Below are positions 39,988-50,614 of a stretch of 64,000 nucleotides of DNA, one piece after another. How positions within the stretch are numbered: position 1 is the stretch's first letter; each line of letters starts with the position of its first letter. The DNA is taken from NCBI GenBank assembly GCA_052246995.1, contig JBQPWD010000006.1, forward strand, positions 90,970-154,969, in the 5' to 3' direction. The position numbers were made by a program, and so were the translations under genes. The notes below the pieces were generated by a model. The model had not been told where the DNA came from. It saw nothing but the letters and a program-made list of their open reading frames with translations, and ran no database searches. The stretch is from Candidatus Bathyarchaeota archaeon. GTDB taxonomy: Archaea; Thermoproteota; Bathyarchaeia; Hecatellales; Hecatellaceae.

Positions 39988-40152
39988 TTCACATCAAACT
40001 CCTATTTTACCATTTTAGCATCAACTTTATTTCTTCTCATCCAAGGTTAAAACGGTTTTAGGATTTTTAAGCCTACAACCACAAGCTTTGGTAAAAATGG
40101 AAGAAAAATTATAAATTAGGTTTAGATACCTATGGTTTAATAGCTTAGCCTG

Positions 40153-41265
40153 TTATACGTGTTTAAACCTATGCTTCAACTTTTCTAAAACACCAGGTAA
40201 GGTTGTATACTCCATTTCATCCGGCCCAAGTCTATGAGGCATAAACGGTCCATGCATACGTAGGTAATCTGCAATCTCGTTTGCTATTGTTCTTGCACGG
40301 TCAAATGCAGGGTCATCAAAAAGGTCTGCAGGACCCTCAAGATAGCCATCATGAAGCTGAAAACCTAAACCTACAACTCTTGGAGGCCCGTCAAACCTTG
40401 TACATTTAGCATGGTTTAAAGATACTGGCATTAGGGGACCATAATGGGAACCTCTCATCCATCCTGCTACAATATGTGGATAGGCAAAGGGTTCAAGAAC
40501 TTCACCTACAGCTGGAAGCCCATGTTGAGCTCGAACAATACATACAGGGTCATCTTTACCCACGTATCTACCTGCGATGAGTGAAAGCCTAGTTACACTT
40601 GCAGCTGCAGCTGGAAGCCCGTCCTTTCTATAAATTTTACTTATAACGTACCTTCCAGTTGTACCTATTAAAGCTAAAAGGTCGTACATTTCCTCTGGAC
40701 AGTGAATTTCAACCTCCGTGCCTTCTTGAACATCTAAAACATGGAAGGTGAAACCTTGATGAAGAGCTGGATCTATAACAAGGCCTGCGGTGTTGAATGG
40801 GTCTGCAAAAATCTTGAAAAGAATGTAGTTCCATGCTCCAGGTTCAGTTTTGTCGGCTGCAAAAACTATGATAGGATCTGAAACTCTTTCCTCAAACTCC
40901 ATTTCAGCTACACCAGGCCCCATGCCTTTAACATTTCCAGAAAAAGCTTCAACAAGTAGGTCTTGACCTGCAGCATAAAGCTTTAAGGCTTTTGAAACTT
41001 TTTCGGTAACTTCTTTAAACGTGTTCCATGCAAGCTCATGAACTTTAGGGTTGTTTTCTCCATGTCTATGAGTCATAAGTAGCTGGAGGTCGTCTCCACA
41101 GTTAAAAACGTAGTAATCTATTATTAATCCATCCTTTTTAGCCTTTTCAAGACAGTTTTTGGCAACTTCAAGTTGTTTAGGGTGAACAACATGGTGACCT
41201 GCAAGACTGCCAATGTCAGCCTTAATTAAGCTTACAGTAACTTTCTTGGACAAACAAACCACCAT
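40153..41265 (-). CDS. fbp: fructose-1,6-bisphosphate aldolase/phosphatase
   Basis: IKADIGS..GH, GDD, YAAGQDL, DKTEPGA, GRYVGKDDP, GWMRGSH. Confidence 0.96.
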   Translation of the reverse strand: MVVCLSKKVTVSLIKADIGSLAGHHVVHPKQLEVAKNCLEKAKKDGLIIDYYVFNCGDDLQLLMTHRHGENNPKVHELAWNTFKEVTEKVSKALKLYAAGQDLLVEAFSGNVKGMGPGVAEMEFEERVSDPIIVFAADKTEPGAWNYILFKIFADPFNTAGLVIDPALHQGFTFHVLDVQEGTEVEIHCPEEMYDLLALIGTTGRYVISKIYRKDGLPAAAASVTRLSLIAGRYVGKDDPVCIVRAQHGLPAVGEVLEPFAYPHIVAGWMRGSHYGPLMPVSLNHAKCTRFDGPPRVVGLGFQLHDGYLEGPADLFDDPAFDRARTIANEIADYLRMHGPFMPHRLGPDEMEYTTLPGVLEKLKHRFKHV

Positions 41266-41436
41266 AAACGTTTATTGTTAATGTAAACTGTAGGGTTAAT
41301 GAAAAATAAACTTTACCCTGAAAAAGTAAAATTTAGCCAGGTTTAAATAGATTAAATAAAACCTTAGAAGTATGAACCCAACCCTAATATTAGTTTTTAT
41401 ACTTAGAAAAAGAAGTTTTTAACTAACCAGTCTAGT

Positions 41437-43371
41437 GTGGTGAAATTTTTGGTTAAATATTCTAAGCTTTTTGAGCCTATAAAAATAGGTAAAGTACTAG
41501 TTTCCAACAGAATTGTTATGGCTGCAATGGGTGTAGGTTATGCAGGTTTAAGTGGTGAGGTTACAGAGCAGCTTATAGCTCATTTTGAAGCTGCAGCAAG
41601 AGGAGGAGTGGGGCTTATAGTTGTTGAAGCAACATACATACATCCAGCTGGAAGACTTTATGATGGGGAAACAAGTATTGAGGATGATAAGTTTATTATA
41701 GGTTTAGCAAGATTAGCGCAAAGGGTTAAATCGTATGGTGTAAGGGTGGCTCTTCAAATTAACCATGGGGGAGTTCAATCTAAAGTTTCTCAACCAGTTG
41801 GGCCAACAGCAATTGGAAGAATGTTTTCTTTTGGCGGACCTCCTAGAGAGTTAAGTAGGGGGGAAATTGAGGAAGTAATTGATGCTTATGCGGCTGCCGC
41901 TCAACGTGTTATGATGGCGGGTTTTGACATGGTTGAGGTTCATGGAACTCATGGCTACCTTGTAGCACAGTTTCTTTCACCAATAACAAATAAAAGAAGC
42001 GATGAATATGGTGCGGATAGAACACTTTTTGCTGTAAATATTGTTAAGAGGATAAGAGAAAAGTGTGGTAAAGGGTATCCAATAATCTTTAGGCTTTCAG
42101 CTACAGAATTTGTGGAAGGTGGAATAACTGTTGAGTTTGCTAAAAATGTAGCTAAAAAACTTGAGGAAGCTGGTGTTGATGCTATAGGGGTAACTGGTGG
42201 AAACTACGATACTGCAGAACATATAATTCAACCCATCTACATTGGTAAACAGGGATATTTTTTTGATTACGCCTCACAAATAAAGGAAAATGTTACTGTC
42301 CCTATCATCAGTGGAGGATGTATTTTTGACCCTGATATTGCTGAAAAAGCTGTTAAAGATGGAGTTGTTGACATGGTTTTTCTTGGTAGACAGCTTTTAG
42401 CAGACCCATCTTGGCCTAAAAAAGTTAGGGAGAATAGAGTTAAAGAAATTAGGCCATGTATACTTTGTAATGAGTGTATAAACAGAATACTTAACACTAA
42501 ACCTTTAATTTGCTCTGTAAACCCGCTTAAAGGATACGAGTTTAAATACGTTGATGAGGGAGAAATTGTTAAAACTTCAAAACCGAAGCTTATACTTGTA
42601 GTTGGAGGAGGCCCTGCAGGGCTTGAAGTAGCTAGGGTTACAAAAATTAAGGGCCATAAAGTCCTCTTGTATGATGAAAAGAGAAGAATAGGTGGTACAG
42701 CCCTTTTAGCATCTAAACCTGAATTTAAATGGCGGATTGAGAAACTTGTTGAGTATTATGAAAATGTTTTAAAAAAACTTGGAGTTAAATTTAAACTTGG
42801 AGAAAAAATCAACTTAAAAAATATTAAAAAAATTAATCCTGACGTTGTTATTTTTGCTACAGGTTCAAAACCTTTAAAACCCAATCTTCCTGGAGTTAAT
42901 TATTCGGTTATGGTTGATGATGTTCTTCTAGGTAAAGTTAAGGTTGGAAGAAAGGTTATTGTGGTTGGTGGAGGGCTTGTCGGCTGTGAAACCGCTCTTT
43001 ACCTTAGCATGAAAGGTAAAAATGTTACTATTGTTGAAGTTTTACCTCAAATTGCTGCTGGAGAGCCTTTAATAAACAGTATCACACTTTATAGGGAACT
43101 TGTTAAGCATGGGGTTAATGTTCTTGTAAACCACAGGCTTTTGGAAATTTATAGGGGAGGAGTTGTTGTTGCTGATGAAAATGGTAAAAAAAGAAGCATA
43201 GAAGCAGATACGGTAGTACTTGCTGTTGGCAGAGAGCCAAATATAGATGGAAAACTAGTTTCGGAGGCAAGAAAAACCGTTAAAGAAGTTTACATCATAG
43301 GTGATGCTAAAGAAGCAAGAAAAATTCTTTACGCGGTACACGAAGGGTTTTACACAGCACTACAAATATAA
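41437..43371 (+). CDS. NADH:flavin oxidoreductase (old yellow enzyme + [4Fe-4S] + FAD; enoate/dienoyl-CoA reductase-like)
   Basis: NRIVMAAM, EVHGTHGYL, CILCNEC..CSVNP, GGGPAG, GGGLVG. Confidence 0.9.
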   Translation: MVKFLVKYSKLFEPIKIGKVLVSNRIVMAAMGVGYAGLSGEVTEQLIAHFEAAARGGVGLIVVEATYIHPAGRLYDGETSIEDDKFIIGLARLAQRVKSYGVRVALQINHGGVQSKVSQPVGPTAIGRMFSFGGPPRELSRGEIEEVIDAYAAAAQRVMMAGFDMVEVHGTHGYLVAQFLSPITNKRSDEYGADRTLFAVNIVKRIREKCGKGYPIIFRLSATEFVEGGITVEFAKNVAKKLEEAGVDAIGVTGGNYDTAEHIIQPIYIGKQGYFFDYASQIKENVTVPIISGGCIFDPDIAEKAVKDGVVDMVFLGRQLLADPSWPKKVRENRVKEIRPCILCNECINRILNTKPLICSVNPLKGYEFKYVDEGEIVKTSKPKLILVVGGGPAGLEVARVTKIKGHKVLLYDEKRRIGGTALLASKPEFKWRIEKLVEYYENVLKKLGVKFKLGEKINLKNIKKINPDVVIFATGSKPLKPNLPGVNYSVMVDDVLLGKVKVGRKVIVVGGGLVGCETALYLSMKGKNVTIVEVLPQIAAGEPLINSITLYRELVKHGVNVLVNHRLLEIYRGGVVVADENGKKRSIEADTVVLAVGREPNIDGKLVSEARKTVKEVYIIGDAKEARKILYAVHEGFYTALQI

Positions 43372-43468
43372 AAATAAAAAATCCAGCATCCCCAATTTTT
43401 AGCTAAAAATTAAAATCAGCTTCTCCTATACTTAATATGCAAAATAAAAAGGTTTAGGAGTTAACTTT

Positions 43469-44275
43469 ATGGTAATCATGGTTTTTCCTGGAAAGGGTGG
43501 AACAGGTAAGACTACACTGTCAGCGTTAACTGTAAGGTATTTTGCAGAGAAGGGCGAGATAAGTTTGGCATTAGATTTCGATACCGACTCACACCTACAT
43601 AAGCTTCTGGGTTTACCTGTAAGGAAGACTGTTGGACAGGTAGTAGATCAACTTCACAAGGAGAAGAAGGCTGAACTTGAACCTAAAAAACCTATTGATG
43701 TTTCAGACCATGAGTATTTTCTATCCCTTATAGCTAAGGAGGTTTTTGTTGAAGGTAGCAAGTTTGACATTTTAACTTTAGGAAGACCGTCAATAGATAT
43801 AGACTGTTACTGTCCAGTGTTTATTTGGGCTGAGTATGCAATATCACAAATTATGAGAAGCTATGGTATGCCTTATAAGCATATTATTGTGGATTGTGAC
43901 CCTGGAACGGAAATATTTCCAAGAAAAATTCTTGACCATATTGCTCAACACCACAGAATAGACTATATTTTAGTGGTTTTAGATGGGTCTAGGATGAGTC
44001 TTGATACAGCAAAAAACATTGTTGATGAGATTGAAAAAAGAAAACTGAAAACTGGTAAAATTTTTGGAGTATGTAACAGGGTTGACGATGAAAATCTTCA
44101 AAAAGTTGTAGCTGAAGTTGCTAGAAAAGATTATGAAATTGAGATTATAGGATTTATACCGTCAGATGTTGAAGTTGCCAAAATAGGGATAACAGGTCAA
44201 AGTATTATGAACCTATCCTTTAATTCTCCAGCGTATAAAGCGTTAAGAAACATTATGTCAGCTTTACATGTTTAG
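43469..44275 (+). CDS. CooC/AcsF-like nickel-insertion ATPase
   Basis: Deviant Walker A GKGGTGKTT, DFD, metal-binding DCYCP. Confidence 0.75.
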   Translation: MVIMVFPGKGGTGKTTLSALTVRYFAEKGEISLALDFDTDSHLHKLLGLPVRKTVGQVVDQLHKEKKAELEPKKPIDVSDHEYFLSLIAKEVFVEGSKFDILTLGRPSIDIDCYCPVFIWAEYAISQIMRSYGMPYKHIIVDCDPGTEIFPRKILDHIAQHHRIDYILVVLDGSRMSLDTAKNIVDEIEKRKLKTGKIFGVCNRVDDENLQKVVAEVARKDYEIEIIGFIPSDVEVAKIGITGQSIMNLSFNSPAYKALRNIMSALHV

Positions 44276-44293
44276 CTTAAAAAGTCCACAATG

Positions 44294-44737
44294 TTAAAAT
44301 TTTTGGTCTTTTAGGTTTTTTTCAAGAATTTTTACATCTCCCTTCATATATACCCATTTTACACCTTTCCCTTTTTTCCTTTTTTTCTTACTTCTCTCTA
44401 AAACTCCTATGGCTGTTAATTGTTCCAGTACTGGTCTTACATGCTGTAAATCTTTTGGATGCCAACATCTACGCATAAGCTCATTAGCAACCTCACTAGC
44501 TGTTCTTTCCTCATCAAAAAATCCTTCCTTAACAAGTGTGACAATTCTCCCTAAAAGCTCATCTTCACTAATTCTTATATCTAAAGGTTTTTTCTCCAAA
44601 ATTACCCTTGGAACCTCAACATTAACTTTAATTTCACCCTTTCCAACGATTTTCTCCAAAGAACCCAATCTACACTCTAAATTTTCGATTTTTAACTCTA
44701 ACTCTTTAACTTTTTCAGCAACCCTTTCAATCTCCAT
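44294..44737 (-). CDS. hypothetical coiled-coil + winged-helix protein
   Basis: N-terminal heptads; EGFFDEERTASEVANEL..LEQLTAIGVLER..WVY. Confidence 0.7.
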   Translation of the reverse strand: MEIERVAEKVKELELKIENLECRLGSLEKIVGKGEIKVNVEVPRVILEKKPLDIRISEDELLGRIVTLVKEGFFDEERTASEVANELMRRCWHPKDLQHVRPVLEQLTAIGVLERSKKKRKKGKGVKWVYMKGDVKILEKNLKDQKF

Positions 44738-45071
44738 AAGTATAAAATTAGGGGGAAATGGTAATATCTTTTTTTCAGATGCGGAAAATGAAAAAGGATA
44801 TTATGCAACAAATGCTAGAAATTTTTAGCATAACACCATTAAATGTTGAACGGGAATATTGAAGCAAATCTCAATGTATAACTTATCTTTTGATGGTTAA
44901 ACAATTTCAAGCTGCTACTCGTTTTGACATTTGTACCTTGATTAGGAGGATTGGATTTTTCGCTTATTTTAAAAGCTATTTAAAGTTGTCCTTAACACTT
45001 TTAGGCTAAAAAGCATTTAAAACAAGTAAAGAAAACTAAGCGGTTAAAGAGTTTTAGGTATGGTAAAGTAG

Positions 45072-46376
45072 ATGGGGGAAGTAAGAGTTGTAATAGCTTA
45101 TCCTGAGGTTTTTTCTTATGGTGCAATGCTAATTGGAGGGGTATTAAAAAGTAGGAGGTTTAAAGTTAAACTTTTAAACAGCTTAAACCCATACAACATC
45201 ATCAGCAATGATGTTGATGTTGTAGGTCTAAGTTTAACATCAATTCTACACCTTTTAGCTGCTAGGGAAACGGTTTTAAAACTTAAAAGTTTAAACATTC
45301 CAGTAATTGTTGGAGGACCAATAACTCAAATTCCCGAGCTTGTTTTTTATGTGCTGCCAGAAGTAGACGTGGTTGTTGTTGGAGAAGGTGAAAAAACAAC
45401 ACCAGAGGTTTTAGAAGCTTTTGTAAAAAAATGGACTTAGAAAGTATTGAGGGGGTCGCGTTTAGACATGATGATAAAGTTGTAAAAACATCTCCAAGAA
45501 AAACCGTTAACGTAGAGGGCCGGGTTATACCGGAAATACCTGAAGAAATTGGAAAACAAAATATACGTGGAGCTAATGTTTATGTTGAAACCCATAGGGG
45601 ATGTTTAGGAAGCTGTAGTTTTTGCCAAGTGCCATGTTTTTTTGGTCGTGTTATTAGGTCACGTCCAGTGGAGGAAGTTGTTGCTGAGGTTGAGGCTTTT
45701 GTTAAAGCAGGAGCAAAAAGAATAGCATTTTCTGGTGGCATATCCAACCAGTATGGATATAAAAATGGTAAACTTAACAGTGAAGCGTTTTTTAACTTGC
45801 TGAAAAGTGTTAGTAAGGTAACAGGCTGGCAAAATCTTTTCAGTTCCAGATTTAAGGATAGATATGCTGGATGAAGTTATATTGGAAGCTGTTAAAAAGT
45901 ATACTGTAGGGTTTGTAATTTTTGGTTTAGAGTCCGGAAGTAGTAAAATTCTTTCTATGATAAGAAAGGGAATAACTGTTGACAAAATTTTTGATGGAGT
46001 TAGAGAAGCCCGTAAATTTAAGTTAAAGGTTGCAGGTTCGTTTATCGTTGGATATCCACATGAAGACGAGGAAGATTATATGGACACTAAAAAGCTAGTT
46101 GAGGAAGTTGTTAAACTTCCGGATGAGGAAAACCCCGTATTTTTAAAGGACCGTAGTAAGCTTGGACTTTTACATAACCTAAGCGTTGCTGAAAGGAGAG
46201 CATTAGATTTAATGCTTACAGCCACCATGGTTATGCCTAAACCAGTACCTGTAACAAACCAGCTTTACAGAAGCTTTTTAAACGAAGTTAAAAAACAAGG
46301 CGAAGAAATTAGGCTAATTACACGTGTACTAAAGAGTTTTTACACAGAATACTGCAACTTCAACATTAAAAAGTAG
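45072..46376 (+). pseudogene. B12-binding radical SAM, MJ0865 / MCR glutamine C-methyltransferase family, frameshifted
   Basis: Three track ORFs join into one protein: YGAMLIGG / IRGANVYVETHRGCLGSCSFCQVP / NLSVPDLRID / GLESGS / VAGSFIVGYP. Frameshifts at A7 (45425-45431) and T4 (45837-45840); apparent in-frame deletion near 46107. Confidence 0.82.
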
Positions 46377-46513
46377 AAACTGATTAGGAATGGCTTAAAA
46401 TTTCTGAGAAAAAGCTTATTTAAGCTATTTTTACGGAAAACTTGTCGAGGTTAACTGGTAATAGTAACTATTATTAAATTATTGGTTGTCATTTTCAAGT
46501 TGGTGAGGATTGG

Positions 46514-47587
46514 ATGGGTAGTGTTAAAGACCTTGAGGTTTTGAAGGAGCCTACCAAAGAGTGTATGGGTGTTGCAAGATTTCACTTTTCAGACAGATAT
46601 TCTGTTTTTGACTGGGGGGAAATGCCTGACCATTTAAAAAACAAGGGTTCGGCTTTATGTATAATGGGTGCTTACTGTTTTGAGAAGCTTGAGGAGCTTG
46701 GAGTAAAAACCCATTATAGGGGGGTGGTAACTTCTGAGGGTAAGCTTACATCGGTATTTGAGCTTGAGAAACCGGTAAACGTGATGGAGATAAACTTGGT
46801 AAGGGTGTTTAAGCCTAAATTTAAAGGTAAAACTTATGACTATAGCGTTTACACTGAGCTTGCAAAAAGAGGGGAGGGAAACTTTCTTTTACCATTAGAA
46901 TTTGTGTACAGGAATGGTTTACCCGAGGGGTCCAGTATTTTTAGGAGAATTAAAAAAGGTGAGGTTACTCTTGAGGCTTTGGGGTTAAACCATTATCCTT
47001 CTCCAGGTGAGAGGCTTAAAAACCCTATTTTTGATGTTTCAACAAAGCTTGAGGAGCAGGATAGGTATTTAACTTGGGAAGAGGCTAAAGAGGTTGCTGG
47101 GCTTTTAGATGAGGAGGTTGATAAGATTAAATACTATCTTTCCAAGATAAACTGGTTAATCAGTAAGGCAGCATCCAACATTGGTTTGGAAAATGAGGAT
47201 GGAAAGGTTGAGTTTGGATTTAACCCTAAAAGGGAGCTTATTGTTGTTGATGTTGTTGGAACTTTAGATGAATGTAGGTTTACCTATAAAGGTCTTCATG
47301 TTAGCAAGGAAGTTGCAAGACAGTTTTACAGGAAAACCCAATGGTACATGGAGGTTGAAAAGGCAAAAAGGGAGGCGGCAACCATGGGAGTAGAAAACTG
47401 GAGGTCCCTATGTAGGCTTAAGCCTCCTAAACTTGATGTGGAGCTTAAGGAAATCATAGAAAAGATGTATATGGCTGTTGCTAACGAGTTTACAGGCTTA
47501 AAGCTTTTTGAGGTTGAAAGATTAATAGAAATCATGAGAAGGTATGAAAATTATGTTAGGAGGATGAATGTTGATTACCAAAGATAA
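46514..47587 (+). CDS. purC: SAICAR synthetase
   Basis: MGSVKDL, FSDRYSVFDWG, PLEFVYRN, STKLE..D, DGKVEF, DVVGTLDECRF. Confidence 0.93.
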   Translation: MGSVKDLEVLKEPTKECMGVARFHFSDRYSVFDWGEMPDHLKNKGSALCIMGAYCFEKLEELGVKTHYRGVVTSEGKLTSVFELEKPVNVMEINLVRVFKPKFKGKTYDYSVYTELAKRGEGNFLLPLEFVYRNGLPEGSSIFRRIKKGEVTLEALGLNHYPSPGERLKNPIFDVSTKLEEQDRYLTWEEAKEVAGLLDEEVDKIKYYLSKINWLISKAASNIGLENEDGKVEFGFNPKRELIVVDVVGTLDECRFTYKGLHVSKEVARQFYRKTQWYMEVEKAKREAATMGVENWRSLCRLKPPKLDVELKEIIEKMYMAVANEFTGLKLFEVERLIEIMRRYENYVRRMNVDYQR

Positions 47588-48671
47588 GATTATGGAGATA
47601 CTTGGAGACTACAACCTTAAAAATCTTAGAATAGGAGTTTTAGGCTCCCATTCGGCTTTAGAGGTTGCTTACGGAGCTAAACAGGAGGGGTTTGAGGTTG
47701 TTGTGGTATGTCAACAAGGTAGGGAAAAAACATACAAAAAATATTACAGAAATCTTTTCAACTACTTCATAGAAGTGGAAAGATTTGCAGATATCATTAA
47801 AGAGGAAAACTTAAACATGCTTAAAGAGCTAAACACCATATTTGTACCAAACAGAAGCTTCTCAGTTTATGTTGGATACGACAACATTGAAAACAGGTTT
47901 ACAGTCCCAATTATGGGAAACAGATATATGCTTAGATGCGAAGAAAGAGATGCTCCAAGAAACCAGTATTACCTAGTTAAAAAGGCAGGAATTCCTGCAC
48001 CAAAAGTTTTTAGTTCTCCTGAGGAAATAGATAGACTTTCAATAGTTAAGATTCCCGAGAAAACTAGAAAAATTGAGAGAGCCTTTTTTTACGCATCCTC
48101 CCCTGAAGAGTTTAAAAGAAAGGTTGAGGAACGTTTAAGAAAAGGGGTAATAGATAGGGAAAGTTTGGAGAAAGCTGTAATAGAGGAATACATCATTGGA
48201 GCTAAGTTTAACGCAAACTTTTTCTGGTCACCGCTAACAGATGAAATAGATTTTTTAGGATTTGACCAAAGAATCCAGACAAACCTTCATGGTGTACTGG
48301 ATCTACCAGCAGATGAACAGCTTGAGCTGAAAATTGTAACACAAAACATTGAAATAGGCCATGTAGGTGTTACTATGAGGGAGTCACAGCTTGAAAAGGT
48401 GTTTGAAGCTGGGGAAAGGTTTGTTAAGGTTGCAAAGGAGGAGTATCCCCCTGGAATTATAGGTTTGTTTGCATTGCAGGGGGCAGTAACCAAAGAGCTT
48501 GAATTTTACGTTTTTGATGTAAGTCTTAGAGTTCCAGGTTGTCCATGTGTTGAAACAACATCTCCTTATATGAAGTATAAGTATGGCTTTGAAGTTGGTC
48601 CTGGAAGACGTGTAGCAATGGAGGTTAAACGTGCGTTAAAAGAGGGAAGGGTTGAGGAAATAGTAACATGA
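47568..48671 (+). CDS. purP: PurP-family formate-dependent ATP-grasp ligase (paralog 1)
   Basis: GSHSALEV..GAKQEGF, FVPNRSF, GRRVAME. Confidence 0.88.
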   Translation: MLITKDKIMEILGDYNLKNLRIGVLGSHSALEVAYGAKQEGFEVVVVCQQGREKTYKKYYRNLFNYFIEVERFADIIKEENLNMLKELNTIFVPNRSFSVYVGYDNIENRFTVPIMGNRYMLRCEERDAPRNQYYLVKKAGIPAPKVFSSPEEIDRLSIVKIPEKTRKIERAFFYASSPEEFKRKVEERLRKGVIDRESLEKAVIEEYIIGAKFNANFFWSPLTDEIDFLGFDQRIQTNLHGVLDLPADEQLELKIVTQNIEIGHVGVTMRESQLEKVFEAGERFVKVAKEEYPPGIIGLFALQGAVTKELEFYVFDVSLRVPGCPCVETTSPYMKYKYGFEVGPGRRVAMEVKRALKEGRVEEIVT

Positions 48672-49753
48672 TAGGTTGGAGAAAGCTAGACCAAATTTTA
48701 GGTAGCTATGATTTTGGAAATCTTAGAATTGGGACTATAGGTTCGCATACAGCCTTAAACATTTTTAAGGGAGCTAAGGATGAAGGTTTAAAAACCGTCT
48801 GTGTATGTAAAAGTAGAGATAAAATAGTTTATGAAAGGTTTAAGCTGGCTGACGAATTTATTCTTGTTGAAAGCTTTGAAAACCTTCTCGACCATGAAAA
48901 CCAAGAAAAATTGAGAAAACTCAATACAATCCTAATTCCACATGGGTCCTTCACCGCCTACATAGACCCTGGAAAAATTATGGATGAGCTTGAGGTTCCA
49001 ATTTTTGGAAATCGAAGACTTCTCGAGTGGGAGGTTGATAGGGATAAGCAGAGGATTTGGCTGGAGAAGGCTGGTTTAACCCTTCCTAAAACTCTTAACG
49101 AGCCTAAGGAGATAACTCAACTAACAATTGTAAAGTTTCCAGGAGCTATGGGTGGTAGAGGTTATTTTTTAGTAAAATCTCCAGACGAGTTTTCAAGAAA
49201 GCTTAAGGAGGCTGTGGATGAAGGTTTAATCTTAAAAAACCAAGCGTCAAAGCCATACATGCAAGAATACATTTTTGGGGTTGGAGTTTACTCTCACCAT
49301 TTCCGTTCCATAGTTGATGATGAGGTTGAACTTTTAGGGTTTGACCGTAGATACGAGTCAACAGTTGACGCTATAGGAAGAATTCCTGCAGAAGACCAGT
49401 TAAAGATTAAAATCCCCTTAACCTACACTGTTGTTGGAAATTTCCCCATAGTTTTAAGAGAGTCTCTTCTTCCAAAATACCTGGAAATGGGAGATAATGT
49501 GGTAAAAGTTTCAGAAGAAATTGCTCCACCAGGAATTATAGGACCATTTTGCTTGGAAACAGTTGTTACCGAGAAACTTCAAATATACGTGTTCGAGATT
49601 TCCGCTAGAATAGTAGCGGGGATGAGCGTGGGAATAGGAACTTCACCCTACGCATACTTAAAATATGGTAGAGAAATGTATATGGGTAGGAGAATAGCTC
49701 TTGAGATAAAAAAGGCTGTTGCAAGTGATAACCTTAAGAAAGTTTTAACGTAA
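48668..49753 (+). CDS. purP: PurP-family FAICAR synthetase (paralog 2)
   Basis: GSHTALNIFKGAKDEG, PHGSF, GGRGYF, FEISARIVAG, MGRRIALEIK. Confidence 0.9.
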   Translation: MIGWRKLDQILGSYDFGNLRIGTIGSHTALNIFKGAKDEGLKTVCVCKSRDKIVYERFKLADEFILVESFENLLDHENQEKLRKLNTILIPHGSFTAYIDPGKIMDELEVPIFGNRRLLEWEVDRDKQRIWLEKAGLTLPKTLNEPKEITQLTIVKFPGAMGGRGYFLVKSPDEFSRKLKEAVDEGLILKNQASKPYMQEYIFGVGVYSHHFRSIVDDEVELLGFDRRYESTVDAIGRIPAEDQLKIKIPLTYTVVGNFPIVLRESLLPKYLEMGDNVVKVSEEIAPPGIIGPFCLETVVTEKLQIYVFEISARIVAGMSVGIGTSPYAYLKYGREMYMGRRIALEIKKAVASDNLKKVLT

Positions 49754-49857
49754 AAGGTAAGGTTTAGAATTTTAACTTGAAAAAAGAAAACTTTCGCTGT
49801 AACTAACCGCCGCTTTTTCCAGATGGTGGTGAAAAGACCTTAAAAAATCCTTTCTAA

Positions 49858-50070
49858 GAAAAAGACCTAGTAGAAGAAAAGCCTTTACCAGTTATAAACC
49901 AAGATACGTGTCTGATTAACGCATTTAAGATCTCTGTAAAGCATGGGATAACGATGTACGACACGTTATTCATAGCCCTATCAAAAGAGGTAGGTCAGGA
50001 ACTAGTAACAAGCGATACTAAACAAGCAAAAGTAGCGAGAGAGCTGGGGCTGAAAGTCATATTAGTTTAG
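49858..50070 (+). pseudogene. 5'-truncated PIN-domain (VapC) toxin remnant
   Basis: NAFKISVKHGITMYDTLFIALSKEVGQELVTSDTKQAKVARELGLKVILV*; no start codon or N-terminal half. Confidence 0.75.
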
Positions 50071-50168
50071 CGTAAAGGCTATGATGTGCCCCCTGGAATC
50101 TCTGAATTAAGTTTTATTATAAATTTTGAGACATAGCCAAAACTCAGCCTCCAAAATAGATCCTATAG

Positions 50169-50606
50169 TTACACATTCCTCAGAGTCTTAGCTGTTTCAT
50201 TCAACTCGTTTCTGAGTGAGGCCAAGATGACGGATGACTCTTGAAAACCTTCAAGGGCGTTGAAAAACCTGTCAACAGGGTCACCTTTGTATGCTGGAAT
50301 AAGAAATATATGTGCATGCGGTATCCTTCTGCCCCTTGCATACATAGCCACAAAGTCAGGTTTAAAGGCTTTTTTGATTCTTTCAGATACTGAACGTGCA
50401 AGCCTAAAAAGGCTTGAAACTTCCTGCTCGTCAAGGTCATGCCACCACGGGACGTGACGCTTCGGTATCACAAGACAGTGCCCTTTAGCAAGCGGGTTGA
50501 TGTCCAGTATTGCCATGGAAAGTTCATTCTCATCTATAATGTAGGCATGCTCCTCTCCGCTGACAATTCTACAAAAAATGCAGTTTTCAGTCATTTTTTC
50601 TTTCAC
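50169..50606 (-). CDS. HIT family hydrolase
   Basis: CIFCRI, LDINP..GHCLVIPKRH, HAHIF (third His of the triad altered). Confidence 0.88.
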   Translation of the reverse strand: MKEKMTENCIFCRIVSGEEHAYIIDENELSMAILDINPLAKGHCLVIPKRHVPWWHDLDEQEVSSLFRLARSVSERIKKAFKPDFVAMYARGRRIPHAHIFLIPAYKGDPVDRFFNALEGFQESSVILASLRNELNETAKTLRNV

Positions 50607-50614
50607 ACTGGTAT

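Noticed and set aside
45425-45431. Programmed -1 frameshift at A-AAA-AAA
   Set aside because: The gene also has a second, opposite frameshift and an internal deletion, which fits pseudogenisation.
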